Source: Amphiscolops sp. MND2022
Lineage: Eukaryota
Direction: 5' to 3'
DNA length: 64,000 nt
NCBI GenBank assembly: GCA_964187785.1
Contig: OZ076419.1
Location: forward strand, 31,186,001 to 31,250,000
Shown here: in pieces, positions 1 to 11,513 of the stretch
Layout: each line of letters starts with the position of its first letter
Numbering within the stretch: the first letter of the stretch is position 1
Program-made: the position numbers and the translations under genes
Notes under the pieces: model-generated
What the model saw: only the letters and a program-made list of their open reading frames with translations
The model's database searches: none
Told to the model about the DNA's origin: nothing

Positions 1-139
1 TATGCGCATGTTTAAGTTCAGATAAAAAAAACTCGGTCAATAAACGCGATGTTAGCACTAAAATTTCACCGTTTCTGAAGAAATGCTAACATGAATTATG
101 AATGTGAGAACACATTTTGATGCGTGACATTCTTATATG

Positions 140-1500
140 AATAAATTATATATCGCTATGAACTTACCCAATGACAATCAAATTCTTGAAAATTATTGGA
201 AAATTGTCAATATTAAAGTTTTCTTACCCCAAGATATGAAAAGAACGGAAAAGGCTTGGAGCATGCCATGGCCTGAATAAGCAAAATAGGCAGTACCGTA
301 AATATTGTATAAATTTCGCTATACCAATTTTTTTTGTAACATTGCCTAAAGTGGGTTACAAAATTTCATCATTTATCAAAACCCTTTGTTTTCAAACGTA
401 GTCTCTAAAACGTAGAATTATCTAAGAAAATTTTGGAAGAAAACACAGCGCATCTTATTTCACCTGTGGTCATTTCCAGATTGTTGATTTATCTTTTTTC
501 CTCTTGCGTCATAATGCTCCATAATTCCCTGCTCTGTAAAAATTCTCTGCCTAGGGTTTATTGATCTTCCCTCTATTAGGGGCATTACGTTCACATGCGA
601 AGCCAAAACAGCATCCGCAAAAATTTGAGAAACGGTGGTACGGTATTTTGCAGTGTTACGACTTTTATTTTGACCTTTTAAAAAAAAAAGAATTTGATTG
701 CGACCTCTGGTTCATATTGCGTTATGAATACTTTTTTACATTCCGTAGTTGAATCATGATAAGGAGAAATTTCCAATAGCATTTAATGGGGAATGGTCTA
801 AAAACAAGACAGTTACAATACCCCAAGTCAATGATGCCAACGCATTGCGGAAACATTTTTGAATATAGAAATTTGACCTCAAACACTCGAAAACGTAAAT
901 CCTTGGCAAATCAGGTTTGGCATATCTTCCAGCAGCTTCGGTCACAAAAAGAGTCCCATTGAGTTGATTCTGACAGGGTTGGTACACAGAGTCAATAAAA
1001 TTTGGACAGTTCGAAACTAAACTTTGAAAAATTTCTGCAAAATACAAAAACAACTTCAAACGGGTCACTTTAATGTTTGAAAGCCAGATTTTAAAATCCA
1101 AAAACATTAAGGCAATGAATTAATTTGCTCCAATCTAACGTATGTTAAAAATTTTGCAAGTGTGAATGTGATCATGGCATCTCGTGTTTACTTCTCTGAT
1201 TGACAAAAAAGATCTGTGCGTGAGTTTTTGCTAGCCTACAGTTTTATACATTCAGTTAGCACAATTTTATCAACTCTACAAGGGCATTTCTTCCGAATAT
1301 GTGACAAGTATCAAGTTTCAGTTGTTTTTCGCTCAGTTTCATGTTTGAACGATGTTTTTGATCCCGAAAGGCGTAGACTGCAAATAAGCTGAAATGGATC
1401 TTTCAATCATTTTATGGATCTTTTCAATAAATTATATATCGCTATGAACTTACCCAATGACAATCAAATTCTTGAGAATTATTGGAAAATTGTCAATATT
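140..1500. repeat. ~75-bp direct repeat pair (140-214 and ~1426-1500)
   Basis: aaattatatatcgctatgaacttacccaatgacaatcaaattcttga(a/g)aattattggaaaattgtcaatatt is present twice. Confidence 0.9.
228..550 (-). CDS. Two candidate exons of an unidentified host gene (550-464, 272-228)
   Basis: ccctag|...CAG|GTGAAA (87 nt; only the phase-2 frame QRIFTEQGIMEHYDARGKKINQQSGNDH is open) and ttattcag|...GGG|GTAAGA (45 nt, frame-compatible). Confidence 0.35.
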
Positions 1501-3324
1501 CAAAATTGATAAAATCAAAGTTGGAGCTTTTGGAACAAATTCGTTTCAAAATTCAAAACTATTTTATAAGAAGTTCTCAGTATTATAAAATGTCATCTCT
1601 GGTAACACTCCCTCTGTATTATATCTAAGATTTTTAGACTGTAGCATATTTATTGAACTCCCAATTTTTTTGACAAACTTTTTCAATCATTTAATCACGT
1701 TTCTAGGCCGCAGGATTTGTAAGATGCCAAACTAGGAGTCCCCTGCTTGCAAAATCGAAACCTCAAACAAGGCTTTCTCAAAAACCACCAACCGACGAGA
1801 CCTAAAATTTGGCACACGTATACGTTAGCTGTTATGCTACTCCTTTATGATGTAGCAAACGAATGGTGACCAACAGCCCAGGGCTATTAGCACCGGAAGT
1901 GCAAATGCGTGTTGGCGGCAGAGCTTGAAATAGGTCAACTTCTCAAACATGGAATTGATAGCCCGTTAATTATTAGGTCATTTGCGAGTGTTTTTTTGGA
2001 ACCCTAAGGAACGCGTAGAGGAAGCACTGACCCTACGTGAACAAACCACTAATGTTATATAAATCTTCAGCAGTTGACCCAAAGATCATGAAGTTTGCCA
2101 GAAATGTTCATCGACCCTACGTAACACAAATGAAAAGTAAATTGATAGGTCCATTGCACGAGGAGTATTGTTTGTTTCGGGTACGCAGGCCCGAAAGCAC
2201 GGGCGCGGCAGAAAAGAAGCATCTGATGTTAATATCTCTACAAACCCAATAACAAATGTAGTCGATTGCTAGTATGAATTGAATTGAACTTGTAACCCAT
2301 CCAGGAGTGACTGCTTCAGGTTGAAAAAACATACGCTGATCGACATATAGAGCCCAAAAAGCTTCAAGGTCACGGACAGTCTTCAATTAAGGTCATAGGC
2401 GGGGTCGAGGTCACCTGAGAATGGCAACGCTTGACCGTATAGTATAACTTATATTGAAACAAGCGATTCATTTGCAATTGTTTGGTAATTTGTGCATTTC
2501 AATAAGGCGAGACGATTGGCGGTGAACTTTACTCATAATGACGGGAAAGTACTTCACACGTGTAGGGATCATGTAAACCATATAAATAAGGTTAATAGGG
2601 CAATCGTCGCTACTTCAGAAATATCTTGGTGAACTTGAATTATTATGGAAATTAAACTTGGGACAAGATGTAGAAAACTTTGTCATTGACCCATAAAAGG
2701 AATAGGTACACATCAAAATGAAAGGTTAGCTATGAAAAAATGTGAAGCTGAGGTCTTCAGAAATATCTGCGGTGAACAGAAATAATTGAGGTGGAATTGG
2801 GTTATACTATATTAGACACAATCGAGTAAGCGAGCTACAAGCTGAGCCTCGAGACGGGTGCAAGAATTTTGACTCAGTGAAACGAACTGCTCCGGCTCTA
2901 GCTCCGGGAGCTAGGGATTCAGTCTCTACAAGTCTGGAACATGTGTGTTGCTCTGAGTTGGATGGATCATGAATTTTTGTTTGTTAGTGAATATTGTTAC
3001 TGAACCCTTTCCGACTTTCTTTATAATTCTGGGGATTTTTTCTCCCCTGTGAAAGTAATTAATAAACTGAAATTGTGTTTATATTGTAAGACTTTTCTTA
3101 CATAGCATATGAACTTGAAAAGTTCTAGGGATTCATACGTTCTAAAAATGATTAAGTCGACTCTGTGATATTTTAAAACTATTTTGATAGCCACCAGGGT
3201 TGACCCTCCATAGAAAGTGCAGTTCAAATATGCAGCAATTGTGGAATTATGCAACAATTTGTACTACTTTTGGCTTTCACGGGTGGCTTCCCAAAGTAGC
3301 AGTATGATGAGTGAACAAGACAAT

Positions 3325-4060
3325 CCCAGGTTTTCGATCTTTGCGAATCTGTGCAGATCTTTGCAGATATGTGAAGATTCGAAGAAAAACGACTTACTTA
3401 GAAACACAATAGAAACCCCACAGCAATGTCAAACGAATAATAAAATGTTTAAAACCCGAGAGAAATCTCATTTATGTCGAAATGATGAAACATTTTTCTG
3501 CAGCAATCTGTACAAATATTGACCAGTAGATTACTATAACGTATTCTGAGTTACCAGAAATTCTTAAAAGTACTCCAACAAACCTATTTCCCGAAATATT
3601 ACAACAACAACGCTTTATCTACAAACCCAGAAGGTTGTCACATGTCAATTTCATCCGTCAAAACGAAGTCAATAAGGCAAACGAGCTTCTCAACGTTCAA
3701 CAATTACTTCTGGAAAGTTCAAGTGAAATGGATAAATTACGGTGCATAACCAATACGATGCATTCTCCAGTCACCAAAACTACTGTGATGGGAACAAATT
3801 TTCCTTCTCGAGAATTTTGAGTGATCAAGAGTATCAACTGACTGAGCCTTGGTCAGCTAAAATAGTTGATGAGGTAGTTAAAGAAGTCCAAAAATGCAGT
3901 ATAGTGGTTCCTTAGAAGCTGCAGAAAAACATATTTCTGCAAAAATCTTTCAAGGAAATCTGCACACTTCTGTAAAGATCTTGCAGATCTGTGTCTTTGC
4001 AGAACCCCGCAGAAAAAATCCTGCAGATCTGCACAGATTCGCAAAGATCGAAAACCTGGG
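3325..4060. mobile_element. MITE with perfect 36-bp TIRs (CCCAGGTTTTCGATCTTTGCGAATCTGTGCAGATCT)
   Basis: Exact inverted match of 3325-3360 and 4025-4060, flanked by AT on both sides, with subterminal GCAGA/AGATCT repeats. Confidence 0.85.
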
Positions 4061-6179
4061 ATATTAAATCTTGCTTTCACACAAAAACGATGAATCCTAG
4101 GTCGAAACTATTACTACTCGAGTATGCTGTAGTAAACTCGAGTAAACTTAACAAGTATGCTGTATCATTGCAGTACTCTCAGGTACCAAATATGGAAATT
4201 TCAAGTTTTTAAAATAATTCATCGTCAATCAGTGCTGTGCCCAAAAGTAAGAGATGATGGCTTGTAAAATTTGATGAAATAGTTTTTTATGCAACATAAT
4301 TACCACGCTGCATTATTCACTGTTCAAGAAATCTTAGAAAACATGCATGTTGTTGTACGATCGATCCGTAGTACGAATTGAGGTCCAAGATCCTATTTTG
4401 CTACGATCTCATTACGATATGCATGTTAGTGCTAAAAAACGAAACGCCCAGAGTTTCGAACTCGAAAAACTCTGCGTTCAATGAAAACGCGGTTTTTTTT
4501 AAATTTTCAATAGTCTTCAAATGAAAAAAAAAGTAATTATTGGAAAGTGCGAGGATGAGACAGAACTGTTTTCTCCCCAAAGTCTCCTTTCATGGTTTTC
4601 CTCGTAGCTTTGATGGTCGAGATCTTTTATAATAACTACTTTTTAGTATCCTCTGGTGATTTTTATACCGCCAAAAACTTGAATAAAAATTGGTATCCTA
4701 CGCATTTTAGCTTTTTTGTATTAAAAATGTATTCTATCAGGCAAACTAACCAATGCCGCGAAAAGCAGTACGTCATCAAAGATTCAAAACCGACAAAACA
4801 CATTGCCGTGATATTTGCGTTAATTTCTTCTCATCAAAATTGCATTATTAGATGAAAAACAATTTTGCTTTCCCCATTCCGAAATATTATGTAGACACCA
4901 TTTACAAGCAAGTCTTCGAAATAACAACAACCACCGAGTAACTAATAGCAATATATTGGACATGTAGGGCGAATGATTCGTCCTTTTATGTGGTTGGGTT
5001 TGATTAAATTCGCATCAATCTTGTGTGAGCATGCACGGGATGAACAAGTATGAACAGTGGCGAATATCGATTAGTTTGTTAAATCTGTCACGCTCTACAA
5101 ATATCAGCAGAGTTTGTAACAATCTCTATGGACCAGCTCTAACCCACCGCGCGCAATTAACTCGAATTTTTTATCTTGTCTTCGCCCGTGCACCATCGAT
5201 GAATACACAAGACGTACATGTACCCATATTCTTCTTATCTCTCTCCTTCGTCAATTTCCCTCCTCAATGTTGCTGTCAATAGTTACCACTTACAACCTAC
5301 CTTCCACAGGTTAATTTTAATTGAGTCAAAATTCACAAGCACGTCACACTTTTCTTTCAAGTTCATTAGTTCATTTCCTAGCACGGGTTTTTCGCCATTG
5401 TTAACTGCAGTACCATGGTAGCTTCTTTGCTATAGCGGTTCTTACACTTTTCATGGCATTTTCAGAAAATTGAGCAGTTTTTAAGGAAATTTCTGCATTA
5501 GTAAGATGCAACTAACGACAAATGTAATACTATCTAGCAAAATCAGATGTTTATTCTCTAAGAAAATGCACTTGGAAGACCATTTTCGCACTTGAAAACA
5601 AGAATTGATATTGTTTATCTCGAAGTAGTGTAAAACAGCATTGATAGTTGAACACTTCTTCACTGGACTATCAGGGACTAGAAAGATGAAAATTAGCAAC
5701 CCTACCTTGTGATCTTAGAATAGATCTATAGCAAAAGCCAACAAAGTTCTGCAATAATTTTTGCGTATAGATTAATGTACAGTTGAATTAAATTTCACTA
5801 TAACGATTTTCTCTGAAAGCGCTTTCTTTAAATTAATTCCTCTGTTGAAATTGCTGGAATTGTTTATATGTTCTTTTAAGTTGCCATACCCTTACGGAAA
5901 CTTTCATGAGAAAACATTTTTGTCCTTTTTGATTGTCATTAAGATGCGTGAAATGGGCGTCCTGAAATTGGCGGCAAATTAAAGCGTTGAAGTTTTTTGG
6001 AAGTTTCATTGAAAATCAACACTTTTTTAAAATGCAACTGAGATACTATAATTTTTAGTGCCACTTTGATGCAAAATTACATCAAGCGCGTTACAAACTG
6101 GCGTCAAAACTCGATTTATGTCTTCCAAACTGCTTAACAAATCGAAACTACGCGCCAAGCGGTTCTTCGTGTATTGGCG

Positions 6180-6483
6180 AATAGGGCCATCCTCGTAAAA
6201 TTGTAATGCAAATTGATTTACAATATTGCAGCATTGTTCAAGAGTTACGGATCCTTTTTTATTTTCTCTTATGGAGAGGGATATCTGCTTTCAAGAATGC
6301 CTCCATCAAATTTTCCGCGGCTGTCAACTCAAATGAATCGGCGGTCAACCGATTCGCCAAAAGAAGTAATTTTCTTTTGTGTCCTTTGCATCCCCTGTGC
6401 GAATCAACTCTCGTCTTTTTCTCTCTCTGACGATCCAGGAGTTTTGCCCAAGTTACAAAACAATTAATTGTCGCACTTTTCAA
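6180..6483 (-). pseudogene. Decayed hAT-type/CGGBP1-like transposase N-terminal fragment
   Basis: ORF 6259-6483 contains RVDSHRGCKGH (BED-like His pair) followed by ENLMEAFLKADIPLHK, resembling the DLxxAFxxANIPLxK motif of CGGBP1-like hAT proteins. Stops follow. Confidence 0.45.
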
Positions 6484-7014
6484 ACTCTTCGGGGGAACTT
6501 CAGGACAAATGAATTAATTCGTTTCAGTTTAGAAGAAGGTAACTTCGGTATGTTTAAAACACTAATTCTGGTTGTATAAACCAACAAAAGCCGTTATACC
6601 TGAAATAATATAATTATCAAGCGAACGGATCATAGACATTTCTGGGAAATATTAACTGATGTCAGTGATGTCTTGCCTTGAATTGCAAAGTAATTAATAA
6701 AAAATATTATTAACATCTACACAAATTTGGCCCTTTTTGCCTTTTTAACTTTCAATTTGCCCATAACGTGAACTGCGGTAGTTTTTGCCCCTTTTGCTCT
6801 TTATGGTTGCCCTTGTGAGTACAAAGTGATTGTGTCTTTTAAAAGGGAAAAAGTTTTTAAATTAAAATGAAAACTGTTTAAGCTGCATTGTAAATCTACA
6901 GGTTCTATCTCCGGAAGCTTTTTCAACTTTCCAGATTCTATAAAAAAACTTTCCAGAAGACGTTACAGAGCATTAATTCGGGTGCTTTATTCAACTGCGT
7001 GATATCCTTCGATA

Positions 7015-7563
7015 CCCTAGTTGAAGCTGCAGGAACTTTTTACATGCTGCAGGCATGCATGCAGGGTAATTTTTTATAAGACCTAGAAAATTCAGTGAAC
7101 CTCGGTTGGTAAATCATGTACAATTACACTGCATTTTCCACTATTGTAATTAAATTTGAAAATAAATTACACTAGATTACCGACACGATCACTTTGTATA
7201 CACACTTTGTTTTCTCAACTACTCATCTGATGTGATCACCGCTTCTCAAATAGCACGCTAGAAATGACGCTAACTTGCAGTTTATTATGCGACTGAAGTT
7301 ATTTTGCATTGATTTAGCGGTAAAATTGATAGCGCCTTATTTGCTTTAAAAATTATAACTGCTGCTTAATGAAACCTGCAAAACTTCAAGGCTTAAAATT
7401 GCCGTCAAAACTTTGATGAATCTTTCAAGCAGCTTGATAAAAGTTAAATACAACAGGGACAAAATTTCGCATGAAAGTTTCCGTAAGAGTTCTAGAAAAT
7501 CATAATAAAAGTTGCTGGCAACATTAAAGTACATGCAAAAAGTTCAAGCAGTTTCAACAAGTG
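7015..7563 (+). mobile_element. TA-flanked MITE, CCCTAGTTGA-ended family (copy 1)
   Basis: TA|CCCTAGTTGAA...TTCAACAAGTG|TA. The body is highly similar to 50901-51431. Confidence 0.8.
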
Positions 7564-7619
7564 TAGAAATTGTCCTCTAGTATTGTTTTGATCGACCGTC
7601 TTTTGACAAACTGTTTGTA

Positions 7620-8130
7620 AAAATTCTCATTTCGTTTTCTGCTATAGGCTGTCAAATTCAAACGCGCTGCCAAACCCAAATCAATGGGAATTCACATGTT
7701 CTTTGTTTTATTAGCCGTCGTCGGAGACGAAAAGCCAGCCTTGTCTTTTCGAATAAAGTTTTGATAATCAGTGCACCATAGTTTTCGTTCCATTCTTTTC
7801 TGCAGCAAATGCATTTCTTTCGATGCCGGTCTGACAGCTAATTGTTTCAGTTCCAGAATCCGCTGAAGAGTGCTTATACAGCGGAACGTCGAGAAGGTGT
7901 TATTGTCCGTTTGGAGATTTTGTAGATGTGAAAGTGTCTTTTTCGACCCTTTCTCTCAATCAAACGCTCGGCTTGTTTTGATATTTTTCGCGGTCCGCCA
8001 GCTTTCTTTTTTGATAATAGATGTTTACTGTAGTGTAATTGGTCAATTTTGATTGCCTTGCAATAGCAGCATAACTCCAATTTATTTCTTTGGGACTCAC
8101 AAATTTCAAGCGAAACGTGCTTTCCCATGG
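7620..8130 (-). pseudogene. Decayed Tc1-like transposase (N-terminal HTH region through the first catalytic Asp region)
   Basis: MGKHVSLE...KKKAGGPRKISKQAERLIERKGRKRHF resembles the Tc1 RSGRPRK/HTH region. Downstream frames give KRMERKLWCTDYQNF and FVSDD, resembling RLxWA...FSDE. Multiple stops and frameshifts. Confidence 0.6.
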
Positions 8131-11100
8131 TTAGAAATATCAAAAAATACCGTATACAAAAAAGCAAAAACATTTTTGATCATTTCAAACCAACTTGATT
8201 TTTGTTCAATTTTCATCTTAGATAAACTTATTCAATGACATTTACTGTTTCTGTACTGGTAACAAAAACGGAAACAGATAATTTCATTGGCTAAGTTCAT
8301 CACGGATGACAAAAAATAATATTCATCTTTCGCTAAATAAGCTTTCGCGCTCTTTGCCACTGCAACATTTTATGGAAACACGTAGTAGATTTTGTGAAGT
8401 TTTGCTAGAAGCGCCTAAAAACGACTGATTGTAGGATTTTTGACTTTTCGCTCATGATTTGGTGTTTATTAAATTTTAGTTCATCAGCAAGGTAGATTTT
8501 ACGGGGTGATATCGTATAAAAGTAAAGATTACACTAAGTACTTCAAGTACCTCGCACTATTATTTAATGTCAATAATATCGTCTCTAGTTCCGCGGACAA
8601 CCAAAATAACCATTCTTAGCTGCTATGAAGCGACCGCGCAACGTATTAATGCAGTGAGACGGCCGCCACCACCTAAACCTATGTAAGAAAATTCTATTCG
8701 GAACGAAACTTTAACATTGATTTTCTCGATACCTATTGCGAATATAAGAAAAATTAAACCACCAAAATGCTCCTTTTCGACCTGACTACGTGTTGAGTAA
8801 ACATTTAAGAACTTTTCAGTAATGAATTTCCACAGAAAAAGCATTAGAAGTCATAAAATACTGTGAAAAGAAATTTAGTCAAATTACTATGTTAATACAT
8901 GTATTTGAGGGTAAGCGAGAGTGAAAACTCCGCCGTGTGCGTGAACAGCATAGAATGCAACTCACCTAAGCGTGTCAGAAAGCGAAAGGAATGAAACTTA
9001 GAACGCGCTGTGAGTGGCTGTACGCGTAGCTAATAAGAAAACGGCCGCCGCACACTTTGAATTAATCCCCCCTCTTAATAGAAATAAAAAATCAAAACCC
9101 GATTTCTCGAAGATGAAAAAAGATAGCAACAAACGGTTTTCAGCATTCAAAAGCCCATCCAAAGGAGAGCTTAAGTTGAGAATATGAGCGTTGTGCGACC
9201 CCGGGAACATATCGGGGGGAAGCTTTGAAAATAAGTGCATTTAAAATTTTGACGATTTTCCAAAATTTAGTTTCGTTTAAAAATTTCGTGTGATCGCTAC
9301 AGTTGTCAGAAAATGTTCGGATATGGCTTAAATTAAAGATAAATGGATGCCCTAACTTGTGTTAATTGGAAAATAAATAATATTCAGTAGTTTTTGAGAA
9401 CTGAGCCAGCAAACGTTAAAAACAGCCCTAAAATGGCCTAAAAAGCCGTTTTTCGCATGTTATCGCTTAGTACTCAACGTGTAAGCGCACAATAGCCGCC
9501 CCCTTCACAGCGTACTTGAGAATTGAAGTGGAGGAGTGAATAAAATAATAAATAGAGTGCTGCGGTGCGCTAGCGAAGAACCCCAAAGAATTTAAAGTTG
9601 TGATTTCTCTCTGCCGATAGGGATGTCGACCTACCAAAATGCTAACCCCCCCCCGCACGTTTTGGGCGATATCGAGCTGAAACTTTCAGGGTAGACGCAC
9701 AAGACCCAGGCGCACAGCGTTTAGCAGAAGCGTTTTTCCGAAAAATGCCCTGGTTTCGAGATATTGGCCTCCAAAGTTGAAAGTCCAGACATAAAAATCG
9801 GGAAAATGACTACTTTCAGAAAAAGTACTATCAAATTTTGTTGAGAAAAGATAGAGACCTCATCTAAAGTGCAAAATACTCCTAATGGCTTGGGCTAACG
9901 ATGTATATAAGCCCCCAGCCTGTATCTTTCAAATTGACCGAGTACTAGCACTCCAAAGTTGAGATTTGCGTGAAAACCGATGGGTGATTTTTGACTACCA
10001 AACTTTAAAGGCGTTTTTCACTGTGAAGGAGTTGAAATAGAAAGAAAACCATGGAGTAAGCTTTTGTAGCCCTTGAATTGTTCTTTCAAATGGTGTACTT
10101 GGTTTTTGCCCCCCGTGATCGGAACACCTTGTTTTTGCCCTTAGAAGTTGTAACACGAAAATCGACTTTTTTAGATATGAATTAAAATCGCCTTTTAGGT
10201 CATTGTAAATTGTAGAAAATTGTTTCCTTCAGCCATTTTTAGTTGAAGAGAGTTGTCAGGAACCGCGTGAGAAAAAGAGACCTGGCAAAAAGTGCAAATG
10301 TCAATCAGTAAGCCGAAGTTCAAGTCGTGTTTACAAAAGTGGGAAACACTGAGTCAGTAGCACCACCCCTTAAATTCTATTGAAAACGAAGTAAAACCAT
10401 CAGTCATGATTGACAAGGAGGTGGAACTAGGACCGACTCGTGTTGAGAAAATGTACTTCTAATGAACTTTCAGTACCGAAGTAGGAAAAAACTGTATTGC
10501 TCAACACTTAGTCAGAACCCGAAAAAGGAAAGATGATGAACTATGAATAATGCTATGACTAAACTGCCGAAAAAGTAACTTAGGCCGAAGTGTGCGCCAT
10601 TTTAGCGACGCACAAAGTGAGTTTAAATCTAGAGAACGGTTTGCTGCTTTGCGTCCGATAGCATCCCGCATCAGACGCCGGATTCTCGAATTGCCGATTT
10701 ATTGGGACCAGCCGGTTAGCCCGTGCCTTCAGGTTAACGACCTGAAGTTGCCTGATTTGTTGCTACCCCGCTCGTCGCTATTTGGATTTCGACCCGGGAA
10801 TAGGATGGACTGTTGGCCTATCGTAAAAGCCTAAGTGGGCTGATAATACACGGATTATTGTTTCACTCCAAGACCGATAGAGATTTGCGGCGAGTTGATT
10901 CTTCCGATATCTTCGATATCACCCCCATCCTTACGGATACAAAAACTTAACCTTGCTGAAATTCTTGTTTATTGTTCTCTTGTGTTATATGCCTCTTAAT
11001 ATGCCTGCTAATATAATCAGTAATATTCTCCGCTACTATCGATGTTATCATATTATTCATTCTATTATTCGTGGATGTGAAATTGTATTTGTGTCTATTA

Positions 11101-11140
11101 CTCGACTTATTTATTTGATGTATAGTAATTAAAGTTCAAC

Positions 11141-11513
11141 CTGCTTCTTTTCATCAGCGAAAAGATAATTTTTAACAGCCTAAGAGTAGCGAGACAAACC
11201 CCTGAAAGAGAGAAAAATAGCAAAGTTGTGAAGATCGTGATTTCCTTGTCACACTTACCCCCACCGTCTTCAATTGTATTGATTCTTCTTTGCGGTTGAA
11301 GTTGATAAAAATTTATGTAGATACTCAGCCAGTCCTTGTCTCGTGCATGGTACCTACGGGTTTAATTGAGTTGTAGTGGAGCTATTCTCAACAAATAGTT
11401 AAAGCTACTGGAAAACTAAAAATCTTACACTGATTCAAGAAATCAAGAGTGCCCCGATAAGGTTTCTCCCGGAACCAATGTTCACCTTTCTCGAATTTTT
11501 TCCCATCACTCTG
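11141..11513 (-). CDS. Three candidate exons of an unidentified host gene (11513-11431, 11353-11259, 11201-11141)
   Basis: Acceptors ttcag, cccgtag and ctctttcag; donors GTGTAA (or adjacent GTAAGA), GTAAGT and GTTGAA; 57-77-nt introns. The exons join in frame as QSDGKKFEKGEHWFREKPYRGTLDFLNQYHARDKDWLSIYINFYQLQPQRRINTIEDGGGVCLATLRLLKIIFSLMKRS. No family recognised. Confidence 0.45.

Noticed and set aside
1690-2700. GC-elevated segments resembling non-autonomous DNA transposon bodies (also ~8600-10140)
   Set aside because: No TIR pair, TSD or second copy could be defined within the window.
2820-2915. GTAAG donor + AATTTTG Sm-like site + CTAGCTC/GAGCTAG hairpin (spliced-leader/snRNA-like)
   Set aside because: The motifs are short and expected by chance; it is single-copy, with no recognisable leader or snRNA similarity.
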